64,000 nt of DNA from Strigamia acuminata. Its lineage: Eukaryota. Positions 31,166-45,102 of the stretch are shown here, piece after piece (position 1 is the stretch's first letter; each line of letters starts with the position of its first letter). The stretch lies in NCBI GenBank assembly GCA_949358305.1, contig OX442314.1, positions 14,942,001 to 15,006,000 on the forward strand, given 5' to 3'. A model generated the notes under the pieces. It saw only the letters and a program-made list of their open reading frames with translations, made no database searches and was not told the origin of the DNA. A program made the position numbers and the translations under genes.

Positions 31166-34100
31166 ACTGTGAAGTGCAGACCTCCAGCTGTCCGGCACTT
31201 TGTCAGCCTACATAATGACAATACATCACCACTATACATTCCGTATTGATAAATGTTTGATAAGAGAAGAGAGAAATATTCACGTGGTAAATAAATTATT
31301 ATTATAATTTTTGAGTAAATAAATTTACAATTTCCGTTTTTTTCAATTAAATCAATAAATTGAATAAAACAAACCGCGATTCCGAAGCAGTTTGGCAAAT
31401 AAAACAGTTGAGAGGGAGGGACAAAATGAGATTTAAGTGAGTGACTAGTGAGAGTCCACTAACTTCACCTAAAGATAAGTCCCATCATGATAGCAACTTG
31501 CCAATGGACGAATTCCTCTTTCATAGCCCCTCATCAATTTCAGCAACAACTCTGCACCCATAAATTCTTCCTGATTAAACGAGACAGATATAGACATTTG
31601 ATCGAACGAAAACACTGAGCAAATCCAACGCGGTGTAAAGCAAACCCAAGAAAAAGTAAAAAAGAAAAAAAAAAATATTTTTTTTAAAAGAAATATTAAA
31701 AATTCAGACGTATCTAAACTGTATTAAAAAAATAAATAAAAATCTTTCTTTGTCACCAGATAGGGCACATTCCTGACCCCTGATTACAAGGTTTTACACC
31801 CAGGAATGCGAGCGTCATAACCCTCGGAGTGAACTCTCCCCTCGTCCATAAATCATGTAAGCATTTTGATAAGCCAATGCCGTAGGTGGGTCATTTTATA
31901 ATGGCAGTGATTGTGATTTGCCACCATTTTGTGCATTTCAAAAATCCGAAGAAAAAAAAAAAAAAAAAAAAAAATCTCAAACTAATTTCTAATTAAAAAA
32001 AAAATTGGTTGCACGAAATTTTATTATTCATCATGTCAAACAGTCAAATTATGTTGAAAATTGAGATAGAGAGGTGGGGAGAGAAGGAAAAGTTTTTCGA
32101 GAACTCTAATGTTTGCTTAAGAAAATGTAATTTTGATGTGTTTTTTCGAGACGAGTTCCTGTTGAGAAGGCCCAGTCCGGCGCCGAGTTGACTGCCGCCT
32201 GTTCTTGCGGACTGTTTTCCGAGGCACTGCCTTCGGAAGGCGGGTGAAGGGTGGAGAAAAAAGAAGAGGTAGCAATGAACTTCTCACAAGCCAAACTCTT
32301 GAAATCCGACACGAACCAGTTCATTCAAAAATTAAAAAAAAATATATATATATATAAATCTATTTCATATTTTTTCAAAATATGTGAAATTTCTCACTTC
32401 TGGATGCTTCGAAAACGTGTATAATAACCTGCGCACATCTCTCAAATTGACGTCTAGCGGCGCGGCCACTCTCTAATCAATATATCTTCGTTTTGACCAC
32501 ATTTCACTCGCCACTGACAGAATCGTGCGCATCAACTTGACTGACCTACGCCATCGAATCAACACTGAGGTGAATTATGAAAGGAAGTGGATTAAAAATT
32601 CATCGCACAAAAGAGCGAGAGAGAGAGAAAAAAAAAGATTCGCTGAACCGTATAACTGAATACCAACGTCACGCTCTGAAGACGTCAGATTTCAAAGGCT
32701 TGCAACGCTGCGACTGTCGTCTTATTTATCTTGACAACATAAACAAGTGTCTTGTCTTTCCCGCAGGTGAATTCATTTTGCTGTTCCTAATTCGCCGTTT
32801 CCAATTTATTTTTTTGAAAAAAAAAAAAGTAGAAAAAAAAAAAGAAAAAAAATTTTCTTTCTTATTTTATTTTACAAGGAAATTAAAGTAATAATATCAG
32901 GTTCTAAATTTCAAGGTGATGTCCGGAATTTATGGTGGAAAAAAAAATTACAGTGTAATTGTAAGCTTAATGTAATAAAATTAGCCTTGAAACAAAAAAT
33001 CATCAACTCATTCTTTGCATTTCATTAAACTATGAAAATTAGGCTTAAATTACATTGTTTTGGGCACGCAGGCTTGTTTTTTAAATTTATTTTCTCATGT
33101 TTTGTTCGGTGTCGGTATGTCGCCCACACCACCTGCTCTGCGTTAAGCCTAATTAAGGTTACACTAATTTTTATCCCATCTGTTTACCTCCAAAAGATAA
33201 ACGATAATAAATTGTAAATTCTTTTATTACTTCTTGGATGACCTATAATGTAATTCACAAACAATTGTAACGTCAAATGACATCGCAAACTGTCCGCATT
33301 CAACAAACAGGTGTTACATAGTTTAAACTGAAAAACCGGCACCTGCAAATAACACAAACTCGGTTCCACAACTTCACCCAGAGGGACTTTTTAGTTGGCA
33401 TTGCCAGTTCATTCATAGAGTAAATTCCCTCTCTCTCTTTTTTTTTCTTCTTTTTAATTCCCCTCCCTTCGCGTGGGCTAGCAACGTTTCAGCTCCTTGA
33501 ACTGGGTCTGGGTCGTTCACAGCCGTGACCTCCTTCAGAGATGACGAGGGAAAAATGCTTACGTTTCACTACCAAGTGTAATAAGGCATTTTGGCTCGCA
33601 TTTTGGGGAGAAAAACATCACGAATTTCGATTTTGCTATGAAAACCAAAACCCCCCGCCCTTGTGTTTCGGCTTTGACGTGCGAGACAAGAGCAAAAACG
33701 CCCGCGAACGAGCGCAATGGACTTTAAGTATTCCATTTTAATCATTGTAATTAGCAAATCAATTGCGATATGGTAATCGACGGTTTTCTAACTATATCCG
33801 CACAATTGGGCTCAACCTTATTCAAGTTGATGATAGGTTCAACACCACCTGTGCATATTGCGCGTTTTATTGAGCAATAATATTTACTTTTGAAAAAAAA
33901 TATTTTTTGAAATTGTGGGCATAATTTCAAAATATATAAAATTTTATTTTAATTTTTTTAAATAATATTTTGGAAATATTTTTTCTCGGTCTCTCTAAAA
34001 GGAAATTGTGAAGAAAAAAAAAATGTCAAGCATCTGGGACAATACGTAGCCTCAAACAAAAATTGAAAAAAAAAGAACAAGCTGAAATTTAAAAAAAAAA

Positions 34101-35750
34101 AGAAAAAAAAGAAGAAGCAACAACTTTCTCGAAGTTGTAAGGTTATAACCTCTTTTTTTTTTTTTTATTTGAATATTTATTTTGCAATTCATACTAACTT
34201 TTCCTTTTTTGTGCATCGTTTTCTCTTTCGATTTTAATTTTTCATAAACGGGGAAGAAATTTAACGAGAGAAATAAATCAAAAAATAAAAAATATAAAAA
34301 AATAAAAATTACAAGTTTATTTTGAAACAAAACTCAAGGGCTAAATCATAAAAATCTTTTATCGTTATTAATTTAAATAAACAGGACCGAAAAACTTGAA
34401 TTTTATGCGCATAAAATAACCAATTTCAAAAGATTTATTCGAATTAAAAATATACAAAGTTACCAAAACTCAATTTTATTACTTTACCACGTGAAATGTT
34501 TAAAAGAAAAATAAAACGTGACTTATTATGGTGAAATAAAAATTAAAAAAGCAAGCATTTCTTACCGATATTCTTCAAACAGGACGAGTAGGACGAGCAC
34601 GACGCTCCTAACCATTCGTGTTCATCTGTTTTGATGACTAAATCTGGTTAATCCATTCGTTGTTGCGAGAGACACTAACAGGTGGCTGATTTTCTCCATG
34701 CACACACGGGTCTGCGCCTAGACGAACCGATGTATATTCCAATAGTATTTTTGTCCAATCAAATGTGATATATTCGGAGCGAGTATGTATTTGTGTGGAG
34801 AGAAATCGGTGATTACTCGCGTCTTCTCACATTGAAGGCAAGTAAAGGAGGGCTAAGGTTCCCCGCAGCTACGCCTGTCCTTTCACCAAACTGGTGGCAG
34901 GAGGAGGGTGTCTTTGGAATGTGCCTCAATACATTCATGACTTCATACAACATGAATGCAGCTGCTACACTCGTAGCAGGGCGTCGTTGAATTGCAGCGC
35001 ATTCCGCGCATAATTGTTTCGGAGTGCTTCGGTTTACAATAACACCTGTTGTGAGGCTCAGGTTTTTAAGAATCGTTACGCGCTGGTGCTGACGGCTGGC
35101 GACTTAATTGTAAAGCTATTTTAGTGCGACTTTTTAACACGGTGGCGTACTTTTATAGGAACAAAATGAACAAACAACTCACTCATTTTTCTGTTTTATT
35201 AAACTGTCAATGTATACAATGATTCAGCATCTGCGCTGCTGTGTGGATACGTGCATCTGCTGTTTGCGTAGCTAGTTATGGAATAACAATATTTAATTTA
35301 AGCAAACAAGTTTTTAAATGAGAAAACGTTGTCACATTTATTTTTCAGACAAAATAATATTTCATTGCTTTGTAAAAAACGAATGTTGTAAAAAACGAAT
35401 GTTTTTAGTTTATCGACATGTGGTGTAAAATGTTGTTAAATGTAGAAATTTGTAAATGCAAACAATATTAATTACCTGCAAGTATTTTGCTTGATAATAG
35501 ACATCAGACAGCGAGGATGTAGTCGGATCAGTAGCATTCATTCATCTTTCGTGGAACATTCATGCAGTGTGGTAACACTTCAAGGCTACTTGAATACCAC
35601 GGTAGGGAGAGTACACCTCGGACTCGGAGTACACGGAGTACCTTGGAAAACCGTAGTGACGAGACGATGTGTCTGACGTGGCTCGCTCTGACGGCTGCCT
35701 AATGGACTAATTGATTCTTTTTCCGACTTTAGTTTCCCGAAGTTTCCACT

Positions 35751-35765
35751 GGGGGTTTCCACGTG
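35751..35765 (+). promoter_or_regulatory. Overlapping kappaB-like site (GGGGGTTTCC) and CACGTG E-box ~65 nt upstream of the THADA ATG
   Basis: Sequence motifs only. Confidence 0.3.
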
Positions 35766-35829
35766 CTTTCAAAGTGTTTCCAACTTTCAACAAGGAATTG
35801 TTTGAAGTCTTGGTTTGAAGTGATCGTGA

Positions 35830-38800
35830 ATGATGGCTGAGGTGCTCGATCGCAAGATATCTATTGATGTATTGGTATTACAACTGGTGGAGTTAGAAAA
35901 TGCTGACCTGCAAAAATTGGAAAAAGTAATAAGTAAACATTAAAACTGAGGCAGAATTATTTATTAACTGATATTATCTTTTAGGATTTGTTCAGCCTGC
36001 AACCGTTTACGGATGAAGAGTGCTTCAGATGCTGTGAAAAGATTAAAAATAATTTGATCAGTCCAATTTCGGGGAAAAGACTGAAAAGAAGTAAAATAAT
36101 ATCATAATTTAACTTTTTCCCCGTCACAAATACATTTAATTTATTTTCTAGTTACTTTATTACTGGAAAGAAGATTTAAATGTTTCTTGCAACCTTTGGC
36201 GAACTTTTTAATTAATTTATCACTCGACACAATTCAATTGTGGTTGAAAGAAGACCCGGACGTGTCTCAAACTCAAGTCCATCTGTCTATTCGAGTATAA
36301 ATATAGTAAATATTTATTGTTATATCTCTTTATTATTTATTATTTTATATTTTAGGTAATATTACAAATAATTCAGCATTTTTGGAACGATGAGAGTATG
36401 AAAGATTTCGATACGAGCAAAGCTGAAGAAGTATTATTTGAAATAATTAAAAATAATGTGAGTTTAGTGGTTTAAAAAACGTTACATTGTTTAATTATGG
36501 ATTTTTAATCTGTAGGACTGTGCCTTGGAAAATGTTATGCTGACTGGAACTTGCTTAGTGAGATTAATATTTGCAAAATGTTTACATTTAGAAAACAGCG
36601 TGTCTAACTGCGTTTCGTTTCTCATCAGTTTTGGTACGGTATTTAAGAATAAGTTGTGTGACTATAATCAATAACAATATTTATTTTTTTAATTTAATAG
36701 TTGCTAACAATGATGTCACTGAACTTACACGTTTGGTTTTCCTCACCGGTTTACTTAATAGTGGCAACAACTCGGTTCTCTTATATAAAGTGGAAGGAAT
36801 TCCTTTACTGCTTTTTATTTTACCGCTTATATTAGAACTGTGTGAAACAAACATCAATTATATTTTTCAATCGTTTCAACTGCTTTTAATATGGCTAGGT
36901 ACAATGAAAAAAAATCTACACCACTTGCAAAATCAAAGCGATGATTCTGCTTCAATGAAATTTGAATTGGTTTGCGATTTAATTCACTGGTGGGAAAAAG
37001 ACTTCGAATCGAAATTTACGGACGAACACGGAACGAAAGAATGCTTTTTTCAAGGATCTTCGCGTGTATTTAACAGTATTTTTGCTCTTTTGACTGTCAG
37101 TTGGGAGAACTTTATTCGCGGTGTACCAGATTTGGTTAAAGAGTGCTTTAATACGCTTTTGGAAGTGCATTTAACGGAGGTCCAGTTAAAAAATATCAAA
37201 ATTAATTTAATTGAACAACTTGTCGAGTATTATTTACAAATGCCATGGACTAACAAAACCAAATATCCGCCGCTTTCTATTCTTACCGAGCATTACGGAG
37301 TAAAAAATGTAATCTACTGCTTAATTTTTAAATACTACATAAAATTAAAATTATAAATTTTTATTTTAGTTATTAAAGATTGATTCAGCCATACCTTTCA
37401 ATCTTACTGAAACGCTTCATTCCAATCCATTGGCATCTTCAGGGGCCGATCTTTATCGAGAAATGATGAAAAAACATCGGTAAGAAAAAGGATAATTAAA
37501 AAAAATACAATTTTTATTATCAAATGTTATTTTAGCGAAGAAGAACGTGATAGTAATGTGATAATTCCTTCGTGGAAAGAGACTTGGATGGAACCAATTT
37601 GTGCCGTAATAAATAGTAATGACAGGTGATTATGCTATAAAAAATACGATTTTAATTTTGCTGTAGATTTTAATTTTTTTTTCTCAAATTTTTAGTTTTC
37701 TCCAGCAAAATTTATTTCGTCATTGGTTTCCACACACGTTAGCAATCTTTCCCGAAAGCTATCCTGTATTAATGGAAAGTTTTTCTCAAAACTCTGAAAA
37801 AGAAGGTTTTCAAATGGCTTCTATTACACTAATGAGCCAAGCCAGACAATCTGGAATTTTGAGTTTGGAGAACTTGGTACATAACTGATTTTCATACTAC
37901 ATGTATAATTTTGGTTGATTTAGTTAATTTTTAATTTTATTTTTTAGGATATAAATATCATTCATAAAAATTTATTTTGTTTGAATGAAAGTATTCGACT
38001 GCAGGCATTTATTTTTTTGTGCTGCACAAAACGGAAGGCAGAAGCGTTATCCCTCACTGAAGTGAAGCTAATCGAAGAGTTTCTAGTTTACAATTTGAAT
38101 ATTGATAGCGCACCTTTCAGACAACAATTGATAACTCAAATGAAGTGTGTTTTGGTTAGAGTAAGAGATAGTTGTGGGACGTGGATAACGGAAGAAAGGA
38201 AAAGTGAGGTCAAAATACCGCAATTGATGGGATCTTTAAGTAAGTTTTCTCCCAATTTAGTGAATAGTGTTTAAAATCGAACTCGAATTTCCGAAATCTT
38301 ATTTTTAACAGGGTTTGTTGACAATGTGTTCTGGTTGATGATTCAAAATTTGAATCCCGGTGCAAGATACCAGCGGCGTCAGACTTGCTTAGATTTGCTT
38401 TCGATGCTGTTAGATACTTTTATTGCAGTGCCCGATGTAAATAAACGCAAAGGAGGAGTCCCAGGTATTTGTTCTCTAAAGAAATAGCAAAGTTTAACAT
38501 TTAATTTTTTGTTTATTTCGATAGTTAGAACTCCCATTCTCGTTGCTTATGCTCAGAAGAATGATATGTGGAAATTTATATGCGATGAAGTATTTCACAA
38601 CTTATTGTGTTGTGTGCAAGATTTTATGAGTGAAGTTTGTATAGATTTTTCGTTGATTTATTTACATTAATTGCAGTCAAAAAGAGTGTGTTTATGATTC
38701 TATTTTCGATTGCAGCTAATAATTGATTTGTGATTTCTTATTTTGTTTATTCTTGTGCGTTTTTTGTTATTTCAGATCAAATTTTTAGCTGTAAAAATTC

Positions 38801-41800
38801 TGCGGAAATATTTCTGTGACGTGGACTTCTTAAAAACGGAAGAAAATGTGAAGAAACTGCTGAATCAAAGTTTCAAATGGCTGAATTCTCCCAAACCGCA
38901 TGTTTGCGAAAGTGGATCTTTATTGATCAATTACATTTTAAAATGCAAATTGAAAGATGACTTTGAAGCTTCCGCTCTTGAATATTTATCCGATTTGATT
39001 ACGAGATTAAGTAATCAATTTACTGCTGCCAAAGCTAATGTGCTTTTAGCAGCTAAAAGCTCTCCGATTCACGGTAATTAGTGCAATTTTTATTTCTTGA
39101 AATTTAAACCAATATATGGTACATAATATGTTTATTAATTTTGAAGGTGTTATTTTGGCTTTGAGGTCATTCATCGACGAAAATGATTGGACGAATTCAT
39201 CATTGAATTACGATAAATTTAGTAAACTAATATACGAGTTAATTGATCTAGTTGCCGACATCATGAAACACGTATTATCAATTCTCGCATCCAAATCAAA
39301 TTCAAATTGTCAAGGTGATTATACAGCGTGAGGTGTGATGAGTTGCCATTAGTCTAATACAAATTAATTTTAGCTCCATCCTTCGAAGATATGGGCTTAG
39401 CCATTGACAACATTTTAGATGCTGAAGGTATTGATATGGATGAAGACAATCCATCACTTTCAGTCGAACATCAACTTATTCTTTCGTGTTGCTGGCTTAC
39501 TTTAAAAGTAATTTATTTAATTCGTATTTTTCGAGCAAAAATTTACAGTTTTTTTGTCTTTTATTTTATTTTTATTAGGAAAGCAGCTTTCTAATGAGTA
39601 AATTAGTCATTAAAATGCCTTTTACATATCCAGCGAAAAGTGGGATACTAAATCCAACATTGGTGCGGCGCATGTCGGACCTCTTGGTTAATGTTTTATT
39701 TGGTTGCCGACATAGGGTAAGAATATTAAATTATTTGCCTTTAAAAGTTGTATATATTTTCTAATTTCTTTACTCTAGGGTGCCATTGAAGCGTGTAGCT
39801 TAGCAATGGGAGAATTATGTCGGTCGTTATCGTCTGAACAACTTCCAGAATATCGAGATATCCCGAAATGTATTTTGAATTCTGCATTGGAAGTTATTCG
39901 GACACCTAATCATAATTCATCAATAACGCGCCGGTCTGCCGGTCTTCCATTACTGTTCATTGCGATCATATCGAACGAATCAATACCGAGAAAACGTTTC
40001 TTATTGCATGTGTGTATCGACGATCTCATCAAGATTGCATCGACTTCATTAACATTCGCCGAGCTGGATGTGACGGACTTACCTCAAACTCACGCTGTAC
40101 ACATCATCCGTGCGCTCGTTCACGACTCCAGTCTTTCTCAAGCAGTTTTACCACACATGACAAATGTGATAAAGTTATGTATCGACAGCTTTGCTTCGTC
40201 TACGTGGGCACTTCGAAATGCTGCTTTACAGTTATTCGGTTCTCTCGTATCAAGATTACTCGGTCAGAAGAAAGTGAGAGATGAATCCTCGCAACATAAT
40301 AGCATTACTGCCGAGGTTCTCTTTCATCGTTATCCGGATATTAAGTTATATTTGATTAAGTATTTAGAAAGACTTAGGAGTCGTGCTAATCCAGCAGAAC
40401 CAGGACTGGTGCCGATTCTGTCTTTGTTGAGCAAGTTGAGTACTAATTCGGATGGTGTTAATCTTGACGGGTATTTATTTATTTATTTAAATTTATTTTA
40501 AATAATGTTATGACTGATTTTAATTTTTTTTGAAGGGATTTTTCTGTTTTGTTGGATTCTTTCATCGGAAGTTCATTTTTTGTTATTAGACAACTTACAG
40601 CAAATGCATTTATTGCTACAAACAATAATTCGCATAAATGTATTTTGGACATGATGATTGAAAAATTTAATGATCCACTTTTCTATCGAACTGGTGTTAA
40701 TTATATTCACGGAGTTGCTTTAATAATTTTGCAGTTATTAGAATGCAATGAGTTTGCAAGGTATTTTTTGTTTCGTTCAATTTTCATTTCAGTTTGATTT
40801 GTATTGAATTTTTTTTTTGGATTTTTCTAGTGATCAGTTAAGAAGATTGGAGTCTTGTTTGATAAATTGTTATTCAATTGTTATTACACGATTTGAATGT
40901 TATTTTATCCAAGCAATAATTTTAAAAATTTTAAACAAGACATCAAGTAAAACATTAAATGCATTCAAATGCATTTTGCAATATGAAACGATTTCAAGAC
41001 GAGTTGACGTTTGGAAGGTAAATTGTACAAATTTAAAGTAAAAATTAGTATTTTTTTAAATTATATATTTTATTCCAGCCTGGGCATAGTGAATGGATTA
41101 AAGAAATCACACTTATAAAGCTGAAAACTGCTTCAAGACCGGATCTATTAGAACTCACAAAAACCATTTTCTGCCAAAAAAACCAAAATGAAATATTGTG
41201 CTGTCGTAACTACATACAGTCGGAAATGACGAATGATCTAACTCTCGAGATGAATTTATTTTTTCAAGTAATTCTTAAAAGCTGCTAGCTGCAATAAGAG
41301 TTGTAATTGATTTCCAATATTTATTTTCTTCCTAGGAACAATTAATAAATCTTCTCTGCAATAATCCACACGCTTACCATGTAAACGACAGTTTAACTGC
41401 GCTGCAAAATTTAATTGGAAACAACCAATCTATGGTTTTGCATTCTCAAATAAACGACCAAAGGTTTATAGGGTTTTTGAAGTGTGCGATTAAAGGCACT
41501 TTTGGAACGTTGTCAGCTGCATGTACGACTGTATTTGTTGGTTATTACTTGAACAATATCGTTCGGAACGAGGACTTTTTGTACGTATTTAAAAATCATT
41601 CATTATATCATTAATAATTTTATTGATTCATTTATTTTAGTTTAAATGCTGATTCTGTTGAATTGCTAAATGTTTGGTGTAACCAAATTTATAGCCACAG
41701 CGATCCGAGGAAAGCGGAGGACTTGAGAATAAAATCTGCTGAAGCGTTGAATCTTTTTGGCACATCGTTACTTGAGAGGTTAAACGATGAAAACCAAGTG

Positions 41801-42760
41801 GCAAATTGGCTTTTGAGGTTAAAAGGAAATGTACATAAATAATGATGGAAATGATAAATATTATTTTATTTTTACAGTTTATTCCATGCTGGTGTTGCAT
41901 TATTAACTGACGAAAATTGGGAAATAAGACAGAAAGCATCGGAATTTGCAAGTTCGCTTCCAAGATCTGCTAATTTTTATAATGTAAGTTTCGATTGTGT
42001 CATCGTTATATTTTAATTTATACTTTTTTTTTAGTTTCCAAAGGTGCACCACAACTACGGATTGGAAATTTTTTGCAATTATTTTGCGTCGAAATTTGGA
42101 AAAAACATATTTGCTTTAGATGCTTTATGGGCAAAAATGTCAAACAATTCGTCAACACAAATATTGAAAGAATTTATAACAGAAGAGAGGTTTCAAAATT
42201 AAATTTTAGAATTTATTTTTAGTGATTACTGAAAAATAATTTTATTTTCAGGCAGTGCATGTTATTTGAACAAGACGACATAAACATATATGCTGAACAT
42301 TTCCAGTTAACAAAAATATATTCGTCCCTGCTTGTAGTAAGAAAAAAATCATAATTAGTGCCAAAAATTTAATTCTAACAATTTCTTTTGTACCGTAGTC
42401 ACTATTGACAGATACAGAAAATTCCGCATCGGTTAATAATTGGGTTCAAGATAAGACGAGTACAGTCATTTCGGATGCAAGAAACACTACAATTTACTTA
42501 ACAACCAATTTATCAGGTAAAATATTTGTTGACCACTGGCCAATTTGGATATTTAATTATATATATACATATTTTCTTTTAAAGATTTGCCGTCTATTAA
42601 TGCTCTTTGCTGTTACAAATCATTCGTATGTGTCCACCTGTTAATATCCCAAATTCGAGTTCTGTTAACTACTCCGTTAATCACCTCGGAGAACAGACTA
42701 GATCTCCAAAAACTTGAATTATCATTGAAAACATTTTGTATTGCATCATGGATTACATAG
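35830..42760 (+). CDS. THADA: THADA / Trm732 homolog (armadillo-like, DUF2428; tRNA 2'-O-methylation cofactor)
   Basis: More than 20 short-intron exons. Motifs NLNIDSAPFRQQ, LNPGARYQRRQTCL, SCCWLTLKE, CRHRGAIEA, SITRRSAGLP, PQTHAVHIIRALVHDS and WALRNAALQLFGSL. The last exon ends ...CIASWIT* at 42760. The start ATG at 35830 is inferred. Confidence 0.9.
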
Positions 42761-43105
42761 TTTAATTCAGATTTATATTTTATATAAATTAAAGCATGTT
42801 TTTACTTTTAGAATTTGAGATTATTATTTTCAGTACAGGTACAGTTCACCATAAATCTCCATAATTACGTGATTAAAAAAATATCAACTTCTTTTAACCA
42901 TATGTCACTTCATTTCGCCACATCTAGAAATTTTAAAGAATATATATTCTTATCTACAATTTGATTAGTCACTGAAAAATAATATCCACATAATTGAAAA
43001 TAATTTTTAAATTACACAATATATTAAAAATATATACGGTTGTAGATCATTATAATTTTAAAATTATTCTTCTTTTTTTTCCACCCGTTTCAATTGCATC
43101 GATTT

Positions 43106-45102
43106 TTAAGACAACACACAACCACTCGAATTCTTGGGCTCGTTTGTAGTTTGGTGAATTTCAGCTTCTTTAACGGGCGGTAATTCACCTTCTGCTTTAA
43201 GCGCTGCTTTCTACATAAAATATTTAAACATGTTAAGGTCCGAGTTCTTTGATCTCATAATAAATCCTATGTGAATACCGATTTTATGGTGGGGTCAGAA
43301 GGAAAACCTTTCGACAGATCAAAGGCGGCGTAACTGACAGGTGTCCAAAGAGGACTGAGAGATGGAAGTTGAAAATCTTCGGGTTTGACCAGCCCATACG
43401 TGGCCTTTAATTCCAATTGAGGAGGATCGGCAGGAATCTTTTGGTGGTAACTAATATTAGTAGTGAATACTTTAATTAAATGACTAATAAATGGGATTTA
43501 AAATTGTTCGTACATGAATCCGTTTTCACGTTCGCATTTCTCCAACGTTCGCTTCACCAGCGGGCGTAAATTTTGAAAGAAAAGATGCTGATCCAGTTTC
43601 GCAGTTGTGGTCGAAATTCCTTTCATGATTGCATATTCCTTGCACACTTTAACGGCATCCTGATAGCCTAGAAATCAAAATTAATCTTTTAAAAAATGTG
43701 TATAACGATTTTTAAAAAAATATTTTCTAAATTACAATTTTCACTTTCTTGTAACGCTCGAATTGCATCACCACATTTATCTTGTGACAGCAAATTTTCT
43801 CCGGAATAACAATGTGCCTTTAAGAACGAAAACCGTTGACATTTCATTCAATTGGAATCATTTTCAAATGTAAATCCTTACGTAGGCCAAGTAAAAAACA
43901 CATTTCAAATGTAAATATTTCCGCCATTTTCCAAACTTGGATTCCGAGTAGCCAGCTAAGTAATCGGCTATAAAAACAAATAACATTAACATAACAAAAT
44001 TAAATAAATAAAATTAACCGATTTCTGAATTCACCAGCTGAAGTAAACATTTTTGCAGTTTCATTTGCTAAGGCAGATATCAATGACGGACTGTGTTTGA
44101 GTTCTATAGCTCTTGCGATTGTCACTATATCGATTTAAACAATATGTGTTACGACATAAAATATTATAGTTCAGCTAGTACCTTCTTGAGCTTCCGCCGT
44201 GAATTGATTCACATAAGCATTTAATACTTTCGGATCTAAATCCGATCCTTCCTTCGATCTTTCCAAAAGCTGGCCCGTATACCTTTCCTGCATATTAGAC
44301 AAAATACCCGCTGCTTTTCTCAGACATTTATGAACTTCTTTCGCTTCATCCATGGAAATACTACAAAACAAAAATCAATTTTAAAATTTAAATAACTAAT
44401 AAATACTAACAATTACTCACTCATCTTTGCCAGCAAGTTTTGCAGCATGTTTTGAGTACCACAAAGCAATATTATAACTCATGCATATTAATTCAAACAC
44501 TGCATCATGGTGAGACCTGCGCAACAAAAATATTAAATGAAAATCACGTATTTACTCGTACAAATGTGATTTACTCCGGGGTATTGCCAAGAAGTGAATT
44601 TGTCCATCGAAAACGAACAGAATGCCTCAATTTACTCTCACCGCCTTGTTCTTCAATCGCTACGAGAAACCCCTGCAGAAACGAGAAGTAGCTGTTCGCG
44701 GCTCCCTCAATTACGTGAACTTCGTGATTGGCGTCGGCGATTAATGTCAGTAATCTCGATCGGGTTTGTCTCAGCTCACTAAAATCATAAGTCAAACGTA
44801 TAAATGATAATGAAAAACATATTTTATCTAATAATTAATCTAGGTCAAAAACACGAAAATCATGACTCAGTCAATTAAAAATCTGTGAACATTTGCATGT
44901 TTGTTTGTCATCCGTTACTGCTTATGTTAAATCAATTGGCAGCAGTTGAATATTTCATAAACCAGTTGAATTTAAGCGAAAAATGTAGTCAAGTATCGAA
45001 CCTGCATATCTGAAGAGCTTGTCCATCCATCGCAACCATTTTTAGGTCGAAATTCACTGGTGCTGTCGCTTTGAGAGCATTTCTATGAAACCAATGCGCC
45101 AT
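43106..45102 (-). CDS. BROX: BRO1 domain- and CAAX motif-containing protein
   Basis: Starts [18 protein letters not shown]; contains [31 protein letters not shown] and CERENGFIYHQKIP; ends with the CAAX box CVLS*. About 10 GT-AG exons. Confidence 0.95.

Noticed and set aside
35371..35402. 16-bp tandem duplication (and a ~33-bp one near 56447-56507)
   Set aside because: Two-copy slippage-type duplications with no spacer structure; not CRISPR-like.
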